Shown here piece after piece: positions 9,484 through 18,134 of a stretch of 63,771 nucleotides of DNA (within the stretch, counting starts at the first letter, position 1; each line of letters opens with the position of its first letter). The notes beneath the pieces are model-generated. The model saw only the letters and a list, made by a program, of their open reading frames with translations. It made no database searches and was not told where the DNA came from. Source of the stretch: a virus (lineage: Duplodnaviria; Caudoviricetes); the IMG/VR virus record IMGVR_UViG_3300020474_000009, positions 1 to 63,771 of that record; one strand, 5' to 3'. Made by a program: the position numbers and the translations under genes.

Positions 9484-11600
9484 TATTCAGTACCTCCTGT
9501 TTTGTCTAAGTTTTTTAATGCTTCGACGGCCATCTTGGACGCCGCTGCTGTGTCACTCTGTTCTTTACGCATTTCGTTTGTCAGTGCTGACAACCTTTCA
9601 CGTAAATCGAGTTCTTCACGTTTAGATTGAATTTTACTTTGTAATTCTGCAATCTTCAACTGTGGTTCGGTTTCTATCTGATCTACTTTAGCTGCGTTTA
9701 GTGCAGCTGCTGTTTGTATGTTAGCGACTTCTGCTTCTAGTTTTGCTATTTCAAGCTGTGCAGCTCTGATTTGTGATTCCATTTGGAACTTCTGCATCTC
9801 TATCTGTTGCTGTGTAGGTGGTGCAGTACCTTGTTGTTTTCTAATTCTATCTGCAATATCTGCTTTACGTGACATGTGCGAGTACTCTACTATCATGTCG
9901 TCCGGAATCGGCACTCCAACTTGGCGCAGTGCTATAGCTTCAGCAAACTGCATTTCGTCAAAGTTATCTCTAGCTGGGGCTTGTGAAACTACAACGTCAT
10001 ATTCACCTAACTGCAAGTCGTTTACAACCTGGCCCTCTGGTGTCATCTGATTAACACGCATTGACTTTCTAGGTTTGTAAGGATCTTCCTCGTCTGTAAC
10101 TTGTATTATTCTTTCTTCTGTATAAAAACTTTGTACTAAATCTAAAATAGACTCTGCTAAGTATTGTCTAGTTTTTGCTAAATTAGTTAGTGGCACCTGT
10201 AATAAAGTAGAGCCTCTGTTTTGTTTTTGTTGTATAGCTACTCCAGATACTTCTGCGCTATCCATACCCAACATTGCATCTGTAATACCACTTATCTGTT
10301 TAATATTAGCTGCTGCTTTTTGACCTAATCTATCTAACCCGGTAGGTATTTGGTTAGGTGGTATCTTTGCTGGTGGGGTAGAGCCTCTATTAAATTCTAA
10401 TACTAAACCTGTTTCCGCTCCATGTTCCTCTAGATCGTCTGCAGTCATGCCCGAAAGAGAACCGTTCTCTACAATCCAGCCACTATTTGCTGTTGTATTT
10501 ACTATATGCAGCTCTTGCGAGGTTATTTTGTTGAGCTGTTCTTGTGGGGATAATAAGTTTCGGACCATACCGAACGGTTTCCCTCTTCGAAAATATGGAA
10601 AATAAGGCACGAGCGTAAAATGTTTATAAGGAGACCAGTCATCAAATAAAACAACTGTGTCTGCTGTTACTGTCCACCTTACTTTTCTTACTGTTTTTTC
10701 TAATATGTCTAAACCGAACTGGTCTGCGAATTGTTCTCTTTTTTTCTTAGACCAATTATATGGGACCTCGCGCATATCACCAGTAACTGGGTCTAGGTAA
10801 AACATGCAATCTTTTAGTCTGTAATACTGTCTTTCTATAACTCTAATAGACCTAAGCATTCGTGCGTTGTCAGGATCCCCTGGAAACTGTTGTCCGTAAT
10901 TATGTTCGTCCGTATCTCCATATCTTTCTTCTTCGTATTCCATAGAGTCGGCACCTAAGGTAGTGCCCGTCTCTGCTAGTATCCTTAACTTGTCTGCTTT
11001 GTCTTGCCCGTATACTTCTTCTATTTCATCTAAGCTCATCCACTTAGTTTCAAATATTTCGTTCCAAGTCCTTGGGTCGTAATGTTTTGCATCTGGGTCT
11101 ATAAGAATATCTAATGGGTCTTTAGATTCTATTCTTACTTCGCCTCTAATGTGGTCAGAGAAATCTATACGTACATCAAACCAGCCCCTGTCTTGTATTA
11201 ACCCATCAGAAAATACTTGGTTTTCTATCCAATCTAACTTGTTGTTGTCTGCTATCTGCTGGTAAACCATAGTAAGCACGTCAGCGACTTCTTGGTTACC
11301 ACCACCCCTAGGTTTAAATTGTATATCTGCTTTTTTCGTGCTTTGTTCCCCAAGCACTGCATTGATTGTAGGTAAGATTGTATTTATTGTTAGTGCTGGC
11401 CTGCCCTGGTCATCGAGTTGTTGCATATCAAAATCATCCCACTGTTGACCCCTATAATACGCATCACATTTTTGCGCCATCTCAACATATTCTTCGTGGC
11501 CGTGGTCACGCGCTCGTGTATAACAATCCCACTGTTGTTTGGCTAGTGTAAGTTCTTCTGCTTTGTTAAGATTTTTCTTTGTTTTTTTCTTATATGCCAT
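9483..11600 (-). CDS. Portal protein (P22-like)
   Basis: YYRGQQW, RPALTINTI, GMVRNLLSPQEQLNK, SGVAI, GEYDVVV motifs; follows TerL; start taken at MAYKKK (11600). Confidence 0.85.
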   Translation of the reverse strand: MAYKKKTKKNLNKAEELTLAKQQWDCYTRARDHGHEEYVEMAQKCDAYYRGQQWDDFDMQQLDDQGRPALTINTILPTINAVLGEQSTKKADIQFKPRGGGNQEVADVLTMVYQQIADNNKLDWIENQVFSDGLIQDRGWFDVRIDFSDHIRGEVRIESKDPLDILIDPDAKHYDPRTWNEIFETKWMSLDEIEEVYGQDKADKLRILAETGTTLGADSMEYEEERYGDTDEHNYGQQFPGDPDNARMLRSIRVIERQYYRLKDCMFYLDPVTGDMREVPYNWSKKKREQFADQFGLDILEKTVRKVRWTVTADTVVLFDDWSPYKHFTLVPYFPYFRRGKPFGMVRNLLSPQEQLNKITSQELHIVNTTANSGWIVENGSLSGMTADDLEEHGAETGLVLEFNRGSTPPAKIPPNQIPTGLDRLGQKAAANIKQISGITDAMLGMDSAEVSGVAIQQKQNRGSTLLQVPLTNLAKTRQYLAESILDLVQSFYTEERIIQVTDEEDPYKPRKSMRVNQMTPEGQVVNDLQLGEYDVVVSQAPARDNFDEMQFAEAIALRQVGVPIPDDMIVEYSHMSRKADIADRIRKQQGTAPPTQQQIEMQKFQMESQIRAAQLEIAKLEAEVANIQTAAALNAAKVDQIETEPQLKIAELQSKIQSKREELDLRERLSALTNEMRKEQSDTAAASKMAVEALKNLDKTGGTE

Positions 11601-11601
11601 A

Positions 11602-13245
11602 CTACGCACTCATTGCCGATTTCTTTTTCGGTCCTTTTGCTATTAAGTTTAACCTATCTCTCCACGAAGGTACATGTTCTGGTGCCTCATAGAAAGTTGC
11701 GTACTCTGACATCATTAAACCAACCCAGGCCAGAGCATCAACCTGGTCATCATGCACGCCATTAGGAAAACGCAAAAGTTCAGCAACCATTGGGCCCGTC
11801 CATAATGCACCTTCGGGTAAGAATACTTTACCCTGTTGCATTCTACCCTGGATAGCTCTAGCTCTAGCTTCTTTGTCACGTCTACCTACTTTTAAATCTT
11901 TAAAATACGCAGAATGTAATTTACGTTCTGCTACACGTTTTTGTAGAAAAGGACCAATTGCCATTTCTATATGACCTTTTTCTATACCGATAATGCCGGG
12001 CTTCCATTGCTCGTAAAAATCTAGTATCTTTTCTACTAACTCAAAACCATCATACTTACCACGTATGACATCAACAATGTACATATTGTCATATTCGTCT
12101 ACGCCTACAGTAATTCCTACCGAAAAGTCATTCCTATCTCTTTGACCTATGGCTAAATCCCAAGCCGTATAATATCGAAGTCTATCATAATCTAAGTCAG
12201 GTGGGTCATAATATTGAATCATATCCCTAGTAAAGTAATCACCATCATCAGACACTGGGTTCTGTTGATATAGTGCTGACCAGTCTCTAGGGCCTATAGC
12301 TTTTTGTATTTTTTCTAATGATCCTATGTCGTACCGTTCTGGATGCAGAGATTCACCCAATGCACGATATTCTTCATCTTCTTCTGCAATTGCTGGATAT
12401 TTGACCACTTCCCAGTCATCGGCCCCGTTTTCACTAGCCATTAACAACCTACCAGCTAGATCATCGTCGTGCCACCTAGTTAAAATGACTAAAATACCGC
12501 CACCTGGCGCTAAACGTGTATATGCGGTCGAAGTATACCAGTCCCAGGTCGCTTCGCGGCTGTTTTCGGATTCTGCGTCCTCTCTGTTCTTAACTGGGTC
12601 GTCAATTAGTAAAATATGGGCACCTTTACCCGTAATACCACCACCAACACCAGCTGCAACGTACCCACCACCCGATGTTGTCTGCCAAGACTCCACAGAT
12701 TGTGAATCTTTGTCTAATCTAGTGTCTTCAAACACCTTTTTATAGCTTGGTTCCCTTAAAACTTGTCTAACTTTCCTAGAAAAGCTCATTGCAAGCGATC
12801 CAGAGTACGAACAACTAATAAATTCGTGTCCTGGGTTACGCCCGAGGTGCCAAGCAGGGAAAGCTATACTAGCTAAAGTCGATTTTCCGTGACGAGGCGG
12901 CATAAACAGCATTAATCTTGGGGATTTCTTGTCCGCAACGTCCTGACTGAACTTTTCTAGCCTTTTACAGATGTCTTTATGCACCCAACCGGCTTGGTAA
13001 TCAGGATTAAACTTCTCTACGAACGGAATCATGCGTTTTCGGGCTAGAATTCTCTTCGCGAGCTCTTGTTCGGCACGAATTTGTGCAGTTTCGGCCTTTT
13101 TTTGTGCTTTTTCTTGTTTTTTAGGCTGCGGAAGCTGATCTGCTTCGTCCGCAGCACAATATACGCATAAACCTTTAGGTAATACGAGGTTTTCTGCTAA
13201 AAGTTTCTTACACTTATAGCATTCTAGCTTAATTTGCTCTGTCAC
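11602..13245 (-). CDS. terL: Terminase large subunit
   Basis: PPRHGKS Walker A, LLIDDP Walker B, TRWHDDDL, FPNGVHDDQVDA nuclease; N-terminal CxxC..CxxC. Confidence 0.93.
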   Translation of the reverse strand: MTEQIKLECYKCKKLLAENLVLPKGLCVYCAADEADQLPQPKKQEKAQKKAETAQIRAEQELAKRILARKRMIPFVEKFNPDYQAGWVHKDICKRLEKFSQDVADKKSPRLMLFMPPRHGKSTLASIAFPAWHLGRNPGHEFISCSYSGSLAMSFSRKVRQVLREPSYKKVFEDTRLDKDSQSVESWQTTSGGGYVAAGVGGGITGKGAHILLIDDPVKNREDAESENSREATWDWYTSTAYTRLAPGGGILVILTRWHDDDLAGRLLMASENGADDWEVVKYPAIAEEDEEYRALGESLHPERYDIGSLEKIQKAIGPRDWSALYQQNPVSDDGDYFTRDMIQYYDPPDLDYDRLRYYTAWDLAIGQRDRNDFSVGITVGVDEYDNMYIVDVIRGKYDGFELVEKILDFYEQWKPGIIGIEKGHIEMAIGPFLQKRVAERKLHSAYFKDLKVGRRDKEARARAIQGRMQQGKVFLPEGALWTGPMVAELLRFPNGVHDDQVDALAWVGLMMSEYATFYEAPEHVPSWRDRLNLIAKGPKKKSAMSA

Positions 13246-13409
13246 TTGCGTTTTTTAGGTGGTCTACCTCTTTTTTTGGGTTTTTTATCCCAAGGTAGCG
13301 GTAATTGCTTACCAGCTTTACGCTCAGATACAATATGAGACGACATATATGCCGCCAAACCCATAACAATAAGTAACGAGATGCCTAAAATATTTTCTAG
13401 CACTTCCAT
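13242..13409 (-). CDS. 55-aa membrane-anchored basic protein with AT-hook-like motif
   Basis: Manual translation MEVLENILGISLLIVMGLAAYMSSHIVSERKAGKQLPLPWDKKPKKRGRPPKKRK; stop overlaps the TerL start (GTGA). Confidence 0.6.
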   Translation of the reverse strand: MEVLENILGISLLIVMGLAAYMSSHIVSERKAGKQLPLPWDKKPKKRGRPPKKRK

Positions 13410-13693
13410 CTTCTCCTTGCTTGCCTAATTCTTGAATTAGGATCGTTTCTAGTCTTTGCAGAACTCCTTTTTAGTTGCCCTGCGCTCCTTGCGCAATAAG
13501 ATTTACGTCTTTTTGCAGCTTTAGACCCTTTTTTGACTTTACCAGTAACAGCAGTTTTTAGTTTCGAGCCGGGATTAGCTTTTCTATAGGCAGCAACGCC
13601 TTTTTTAGTCATCCCTGCACCAGACTTAGTCTTTCTATAATTACCACCTTTACCGGTGGTTCTTCTTATAGCTTTTGCTCTTTTCCTAGGCAT
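13397..13693 (-). CDS. Small basic phage protein (DUF6321-like)
   Basis: K/R-rich; RRKSYCARSAG...DPNSRIRQARRRWKC motif. Confidence 0.65.
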   Translation of the reverse strand: MPRKRAKAIRRTTGKGGNYRKTKSGAGMTKKGVAAYRKANPGSKLKTAVTGKVKKGSKAAKRRKSYCARSAGQLKRSSAKTRNDPNSRIRQARRRWKC

Positions 13694-13875
13694 TATCTTT
13701 TCTTTTTTTGTGAACGCTTAATAGCTTTTTGAGTAGGTGCACCCTTTGCGCCTTTTTTACGCATTGGTTTACCCTTCTTTCTTTTTTGGGCTATGTTATA
13801 CCACAAACCTTTTTTGGCTCTTCTGCCATCTTTAGTTGTGTGATACTTACTACTAGATTTTTTCTTAGTAGCCAC
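13693..13875 (-). CDS. Small basic protein
   Basis: 60 aa, K/R-rich, KKGLWYNI...KGAPT; coupled to neighbours. Confidence 0.65.
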   Translation of the reverse strand: MATKKKSSSKYHTTKDGRRAKKGLWYNIAQKRKKGKPMRKKGAKGAPTQKAIKRSQKKKR

Positions 13876-13975
13876 CTTTCTTCCCTCCTTTGTAGGATTT
13901 CTTGGTAGTACCCTTCTTTTTCTTTTTGCCTTTCATCTTCATAGACTTAGGTTTTGCGTTTATACAATGTGCCAT
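13865..13975 (-). CDS. 36-aa lysine-rich micro-protein
   Basis: Manual translation MAHCINAKPKSMKMKGKKKKKGTTKKSYKGGKKGGY; fills the gap in the operon. Confidence 0.5.
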   Translation of the reverse strand: MAHCINAKPKSMKMKGKKKKKGTTKKSYKGGKKGGY

Positions 13976-13977
13976 AT

Positions 13978-14754
13978 CTAGATCCTCACTATGTCATAAA
14001 TTGTTTTCGTAGGGACCATAAATCGCGAGACAAATGGGACCTCCGACTTTTCATTATCGCCTGGACGTCTTTCGCCAAACTCTATATTAAATAGTGTACC
14101 ATTAACTTGTAGGAAGGCGTCAACATATTCTTTAACTGTATATGACTTACCCGAGCCGATTGGTTCTATAGTTTTTGTGCCTGGTTGCCCGACTGCCGCT
14201 ACAATAGCGGCGCACAGATCGTCGATGTGCACGTAATCTCTGACACATGTACCATCCGACGTTTTGTAATCATTTCCAAAAATAGTAAAAGTTCCTGACT
14301 CTACTGCGTTTTGTGTTGCCGCGTACAAACCCTCTGGGTTAGTTGGTGTCCGACCACCGACATTGAAAAAACGAAAAATTGTATAGTCCGAGCAGTTCTC
14401 TTTAACTATATCTTCGGCCGCTACTTTTGATAGCGCATAAGGTGACGCTGGATCGTATGCTGCTCCGGTAGATGCAAAAATAATTTTTGCATTTGGAAAT
14501 CTACTAATGACATTTTTTGTTCCGACTGTGTTTGTATAAAAATATGCTGTAGGTCTTTCGACACTTTCGCCTACTTTTACTAATGCTGCTAAATGTACTA
14601 CGACATCTATATCAGGTGCTATATCCTTGGACGCCTGTCGAATGTCCCACTCTTCTATATCTAGTGGTATAAGTTCTAGGCCGGATTTTTGAGAAAGAAG
14701 GTTTACTACCTGGGTGCCGATATATCCTTTGGCTCCAGTTACTACTACCCTCAC
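13978..14754 (-). CDS. galE: NAD-dependent sugar epimerase (UDP-glucose 4-epimerase-like)
   Basis: VTGAKGYIG Rossmann motif, VGESV, PYALSK (YxxxK), DGTCVRDYVH, RRPGD. Confidence 0.8.
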   Translation of the reverse strand: MRVVVTGAKGYIGTQVVNLLSQKSGLELIPLDIEEWDIRQASKDIAPDIDVVVHLAALVKVGESVERPTAYFYTNTVGTKNVISRFPNAKIIFASTGAAYDPASPYALSKVAAEDIVKENCSDYTIFRFFNVGGRTPTNPEGLYAATQNAVESGTFTIFGNDYKTSDGTCVRDYVHIDDLCAAIVAAVGQPGTKTIEPIGSGKSYTVKEYVDAFLQVNGTLFNIEFGERRPGDNEKSEVPFVSRFMVPTKTIYDIVRI

Positions 14755-14876
14755 TTTTTCTTATTTTTCTTCTTCTTAGCTGCCATTATGATATCGGCTC
14801 GGGTAATCTTCCCGTCCTTATTCATATCTGGAAACTTACTTGTCTTACGTTTTTTCTTTCTAGCTCTAGCCGCCAT
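14751..14876 (-). CDS. 41-aa basic micro-protein with EF-hand-like loop
   Basis: Manual translation MAARARKKKRKTSKFPDMNKDGKITRADIIMAAKKKKNKKK; GTGA overlap with the epimerase. Confidence 0.6.
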   Translation of the reverse strand: MAARARKKKRKTSKFPDMNKDGKITRADIIMAAKKKKNKKK

Positions 14877-14886
14877 TTCGTATTTA

Positions 14887-15405
14887 CTAGTCATTCTTTT
14901 CTCCTTGTGGTTCTAAATAAGATGTATCTACTCCGGCTAATTTTAAAAGCTCGGAATCCGGCAGTCGTTCTAGTTGCTGGATCTTGTCTACATTTATATT
15001 AACCTGGGTTGCTTGTTCTGGTGCGAATAACCCATGCAGTTTACATAGGGAGTCGACGACGTTTTTTTCTTCTGTGGCGGTGGCCGATTTTCGATGGGCC
15101 TCAAGATACATAGTAGTAGCCGTGGTTCTATCAAACTTAACTTCTTCGCGCATCTCTTCTCTAAGATACCCAACAGCTTTTTGTATTTTTGGTTTCTTAA
15201 ATACTTCGTACACGTGGTCCATATTACGGTACCCGGCAGCACGGCCTGCAGCTGCTTTTGTAAGTCCTCTTAAATGAAACAAAATCAATCTTTCTTCTTG
15301 AACAGAAAGCTCAGATAATTTTACTCCGGCGTATGGGTAATGTGACTGAAGTTCAATCCTTTCTTCTTCGGTCACCTGCATTTCTTGATCTGCTACTAGG
15401 CTCAT
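14887..15405 (-). CDS. terS: Putative terminase small subunit
   Basis: HTH-like TKAAAGRAAGY, LCKLHGLF, first gene of the packaging operon. Confidence 0.65.
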   Translation of the reverse strand: MSLVADQEMQVTEEERIELQSHYPYAGVKLSELSVQEERLILFHLRGLTKAAAGRAAGYRNMDHVYEVFKKPKIQKAVGYLREEMREEVKFDRTTATTMYLEAHRKSATATEEKNVVDSLCKLHGLFAPEQATQVNINVDKIQQLERLPDSELLKLAGVDTSYLEPQGEKND

Positions 15406-15593
15406 ATTCCTAAATATACCTTATAACCTTTTATATTGGAAATTTATAATAAAAAATTTTTTTTGAAAAATGTTTCATATACCCGTCTCGTATTCCCCAT
15501 CCCGTCTGCCAGCGACCCACCCCCGACCCGGATTCGGTTTCTAAAACACAATCGACTTTCAACCTTTTGGAACCTTGTTTCAATTAATTACAA

Positions 15594-15634
15594 CGCTAAC
15601 GACAGTCGTCGTTTTCCATATAGTTTTATGATGT
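15594..15634 (+). promoter_or_regulatory. Putative early promoter (copy 1 of shared motif)
   Basis: TTCCATATAGTTTTATG at 15614-15630 is identical to 16956-16972; contains TATAGT -10-like hexamer. Confidence 0.55.
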
Positions 15635-15684
15635 AGGTAATGGTTACTTACACGTTTAACTAGCTAATATAAAAGGAGTTTATT

Positions 15685-15996
15685 ATGGCTAACAATAAAT
15701 ACGAGACGAGCTTTGACGTCAACACTATCGAAGCAGAAAAGGGTAACGCACTATCAATATCCCAAAGGGGCAACCTTAACATGGATGCTAAGATAGCTAA
15801 CCCTAACTACGACCCAAAATGCAAGGACAAATCAGACCCTGCATACTACAAGATGGTATCTATTAAGAACATATTCAAGTTCTTTCTAATCAAGCCTGAC
15901 GGTAGCGTAGCGTTCGAGATTCAAGACCATTTGAATCTACAAGGTGGTACTGCTGTTACTGCTTTCGGTAGAGAATTCTCTACGGAGAACAAGTAA
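15685..15996 (+). CDS. Hypothetical early protein
   Basis: 103 aa with AAGGAG RBS. Confidence 0.7.
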   Translation: MANNKYETSFDVNTIEAEKGNALSISQRGNLNMDAKIANPNYDPKCKDKSDPAYYKMVSIKNIFKFFLIKPDGSVAFEIQDHLNLQGGTAVTAFGREFSTENK

Positions 15997-16268
15997 TGAG
16001 ACTAGGATATTATCTTGGTCGTGCAACAAAGGGCGTGGCGAAAGCTACGCTCCCAGTTGCTAAGTGGGCGACACAAACAGCATCCACTTTTGCACTTGAG
16101 TTCGGTCGTGGTATGACTGAACAACCTAAAGTCATCGGTACTGGCGAACAGACTGATGAGAACTATAAAAATGCAGTGAGAGATGAGACTAACAACGAAG
16201 TCCCATCAGAACCTGTACAACCAGAGCTACCTGGCATGAATCCAGAACAACCTGCGAGGCAGTCATGA
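15996..16268 (+). CDS. Hypothetical early protein
   Basis: 90 aa; TAATG coupling to the previous gene. Confidence 0.65.
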   Translation: MRLGYYLGRATKGVAKATLPVAKWATQTASTFALEFGRGMTEQPKVIGTGEQTDENYKNAVRDETNNEVPSEPVQPELPGMNPEQPARQS

Positions 16269-16311
16269 GTAGCCATTACATACCAGAGTCCATATGGGCT
16301 CTGGTTGAACA

Positions 16312-16515
16312 TTGGAGAGCATAATGAATACTACATTAGTACTTATTGATTACGCAGCAATTGCAGTAATCGTTTACATAGCTTTGACAGTCCTATCAAG
16401 AGCAGCATTACTAGCAGCTTGGACATACATCGTCAGAGACTATCTCAAATCTGAGAAATCCAAACCAACTTCTTCGGTCAAGTCTGACCAATTCAATCCT
16501 AATTTAAACTTTTAG
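16312..16515 (+). CDS. Small membrane protein
   Basis: Hydrophobic N-terminal half; GGAG precedes ATG at 16324, the probable real start. Confidence 0.55.
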   Translation: MESIMNTTLVLIDYAAIAVIVYIALTVLSRAALLAAWTYIVRDYLKSEKSKPTSSVKSDQFNPNLNF

Positions 16516-16526
16516 ATTAGCCATAT

Positions 16527-16558
16527 CGGGGCACCTTCGGGTGTCCTGTCTTTTTTTA
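16527..16558 (+). terminator. Intrinsic terminator with cUUCGg tetraloop
   Basis: ggggcacc-ttcg-ggtgtcct followed by T7. Confidence 0.85.
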
Positions 16559-16643
16559 TTAAAAGGACTACTATCATGCCTGCCAACTACTATCATCATG
16601 AGCGCATGCGAATGTGCCTGCATGCATATGCCACGCTTGACGA

Positions 16644-16927
16644 TGGTTCCCTGTGTTCCACGGACCTGCCCCGATGTGGAACCATTAAGTGGAACCGTTT
16701 CAAATGCCTGCCATTACAGCTCAAGGGGGGCATGTGCTTGCCGGCGGTTCCACGGTTCCGCCAAGTTCAGCAGCTACTACATTACGGTCGACCATCGACC
16801 TAGGATAAAGAACGATGAATGAATGTTATTTTTATATGGAACAACGGAACCATACCCTAGAACCGTTGTCGTTACGGGCCAGATTGTGTTCCACGGGACT
16901 TGGAACCATGTGGAACCGAGTGGAACC
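16644..16927. repeat. Array of TGGAAC(C)/GGTTCC motifs in both orientations (iteron-like; candidate origin)
   Basis: About a dozen copies, including tggaacc at 16901, 16911, 16921 (10-bp phasing); tgtgttccacgg at 16652 and 16885. Confidence 0.7.
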
Positions 16928-16937
16928 ACCTAGATTG

Positions 16938-16976
16938 CGCCAAACAAGTTGTCGCTTCCATATAGTTTTATGTTGT
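16938..16976 (+). promoter_or_regulatory. Putative early promoter (copy 2 of shared motif)
   Basis: 17-bp exact repeat of 15614-15630 with similar upstream cgcYaa...agtYgtcg. Confidence 0.55.
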
Positions 16977-17105
16977 GTGTGTATTACTCACGCATCACGA
17001 CAGCACGTAGTCGTACTAAAGTACGTGTCGGTGTCACCGGAACGACCACAGCCAGATGAGAAGCTGGCTACTAACTTTAACCCATTTACAAACAAGGAGG
17101 TAACT

Positions 17106-17543
17106 ATGGGATTAGACGCATATGCAGGTTTTCAAGAACCGCAACCACAAAACGTTGAGCCAATCAATCACGAGGCGCTCAGCGAAACACTACACGCTGA
17201 TGACGATTTCTACTGGCGTAAACATGCTAGATTGCAAGAGTACATGCAACAGCTATGGAGAGTCAGAGAGTTCGGTGAAGATGCCAAACACTGGGGAGGG
17301 CTCCGTATGGACGGTAAGCATGACCTGTCTGAAATCATCTTCTTAGAACGTGAGGACATCGAAAGGTTACAAAACCTAGTCGAGACTGACAGCTTGCCTT
17401 TCTGTCCAGATGGTTTCTTTTGGGGACATCAGTTCCAAGAAGAATCAATGAAAGAATATAAAGCACTCGACCTTAAGTTCTGTGAACGAGCACTGCAATG
17501 GCTCGATGAGGGCAAGAAGGTTTGGTACGACTGTTCATGGTAG
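17106..17543 (+). CDS. Conserved phage hypothetical protein (MGLD...YWRKH type)
   Basis: Start reassigned to ATG 17106 after AAGGAGGT; ends VWYDCSW. Confidence 0.75.
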   Translation: MGLDAYAGFQEPQPQNVEPINHEALSETLHADDDFYWRKHARLQEYMQQLWRVREFGEDAKHWGGLRMDGKHDLSEIIFLEREDIERLQNLVETDSLPFCPDGFFWGHQFQEESMKEYKALDLKFCERALQWLDEGKKVWYDCSW

Positions 17544-17551
17544 GAGGAACT

Positions 17552-17704
17552 ATGATTAAAGACTATTTTAGATCGGTGCTAATGGGTACGGGCGTTTTGT
17601 TCGTACTCTTTGGCATTGCTACGAGTATTCAATACTCACTTTTACTGCTCGGTATCGGGGTCGGTATCGGTTCAATATTGTATTTACTATGGAGGTTATT
17701 ATGA
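17552..17704 (+). CDS. Small two-TM membrane protein
   Basis: AGGAGG then ATG (MIKDYF...); two hydrophobic segments. Confidence 0.6.
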   Translation: MIKDYFRSVLMGTGVLFVLFGIATSIQYSLLLLGIGVGIGSILYLLWRLL

Positions 17705-17853
17705 ATGCAAATATAGTTGGTGCGTTGACAACAGCGCTTTGGATATTAATAGAACTAATTCAGTTCGCATATATGGCTTATTTAGCCTGGAGGAATCGAG
17801 ATGTTAATGGTAGGGATACTGTCGGCGCTAGGTTTGCTGATTCTAGCGCTTAA
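17701..17853 (+). CDS. Small membrane protein
   Basis: GGAGGT RBS, ATGA overlap; MNANIVGALTTALWILIELIQFAYMAYLAWRNR... Confidence 0.5.
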   Translation: MNANIVGALTTALWILIELIQFAYMAYLAWRNRDVNGRDTVGARFADSSA

Positions 17854-18133
17854 AGCAGGCGGTCGTAAAGCTATCGGTCACGATATCTTTGTGGACGTCT
17901 TAATTACAGTTACATTGATGGTGTGCTTTTACGGCACATTCAGCGGTATGACTGCAGCAATGATTGGCGGTTTATCTGCTTCACTTGTCTTGTTCGTTAT
18001 GAAAAAGACGATGGTGCACGAGAAACTAACAGTCGTAAAGGAGGACAAGGTGATTATGAGTAGCCCTGTTAAAATTAAAATACCTACGGTCAAAACTAAG
18101 TGGCAGACTGTAGAACCAGAATGGAGGTCTTAA
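17801..18133 (+). CDS. Membrane protein (about 3 TM)
   Basis: GGAGG RBS; hydrophobic segments. Confidence 0.65.
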   Translation: MLMVGILSALGLLILALKAGGRKAIGHDIFVDVLITVTLMVCFYGTFSGMTAAMIGGLSASLVLFVMKKTMVHEKLTVVKEDKVIMSSPVKIKIPTVKTKWQTVEPEWRS

Positions 18134-18134
18134 A

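Noticed and set aside
370-12745. + strand ORFs antisense to structural genes (e.g. 2554-3231, 9718-10050, 12326-12745)
   Set aside because: Ser/Phe/Leu-rich antisense shadows of well-supported - strand genes
15436-15636. 66-aa + strand ORF
   Set aside because: TTG start without RBS, spans the divergent regulatory region
16644-16927. Possible CRISPR array
   Set aside because: Repeats are only 6-12 bp, in mixed orientation and irregularly spaced; no cas operon
16541-17105. ORFs 16541-16822, 16576-16803 and the 5' extension of 16815-17543
   Set aside because: They lie over the repeat array, lack RBS and have atypical Cys/Arg content; the real start is 17106
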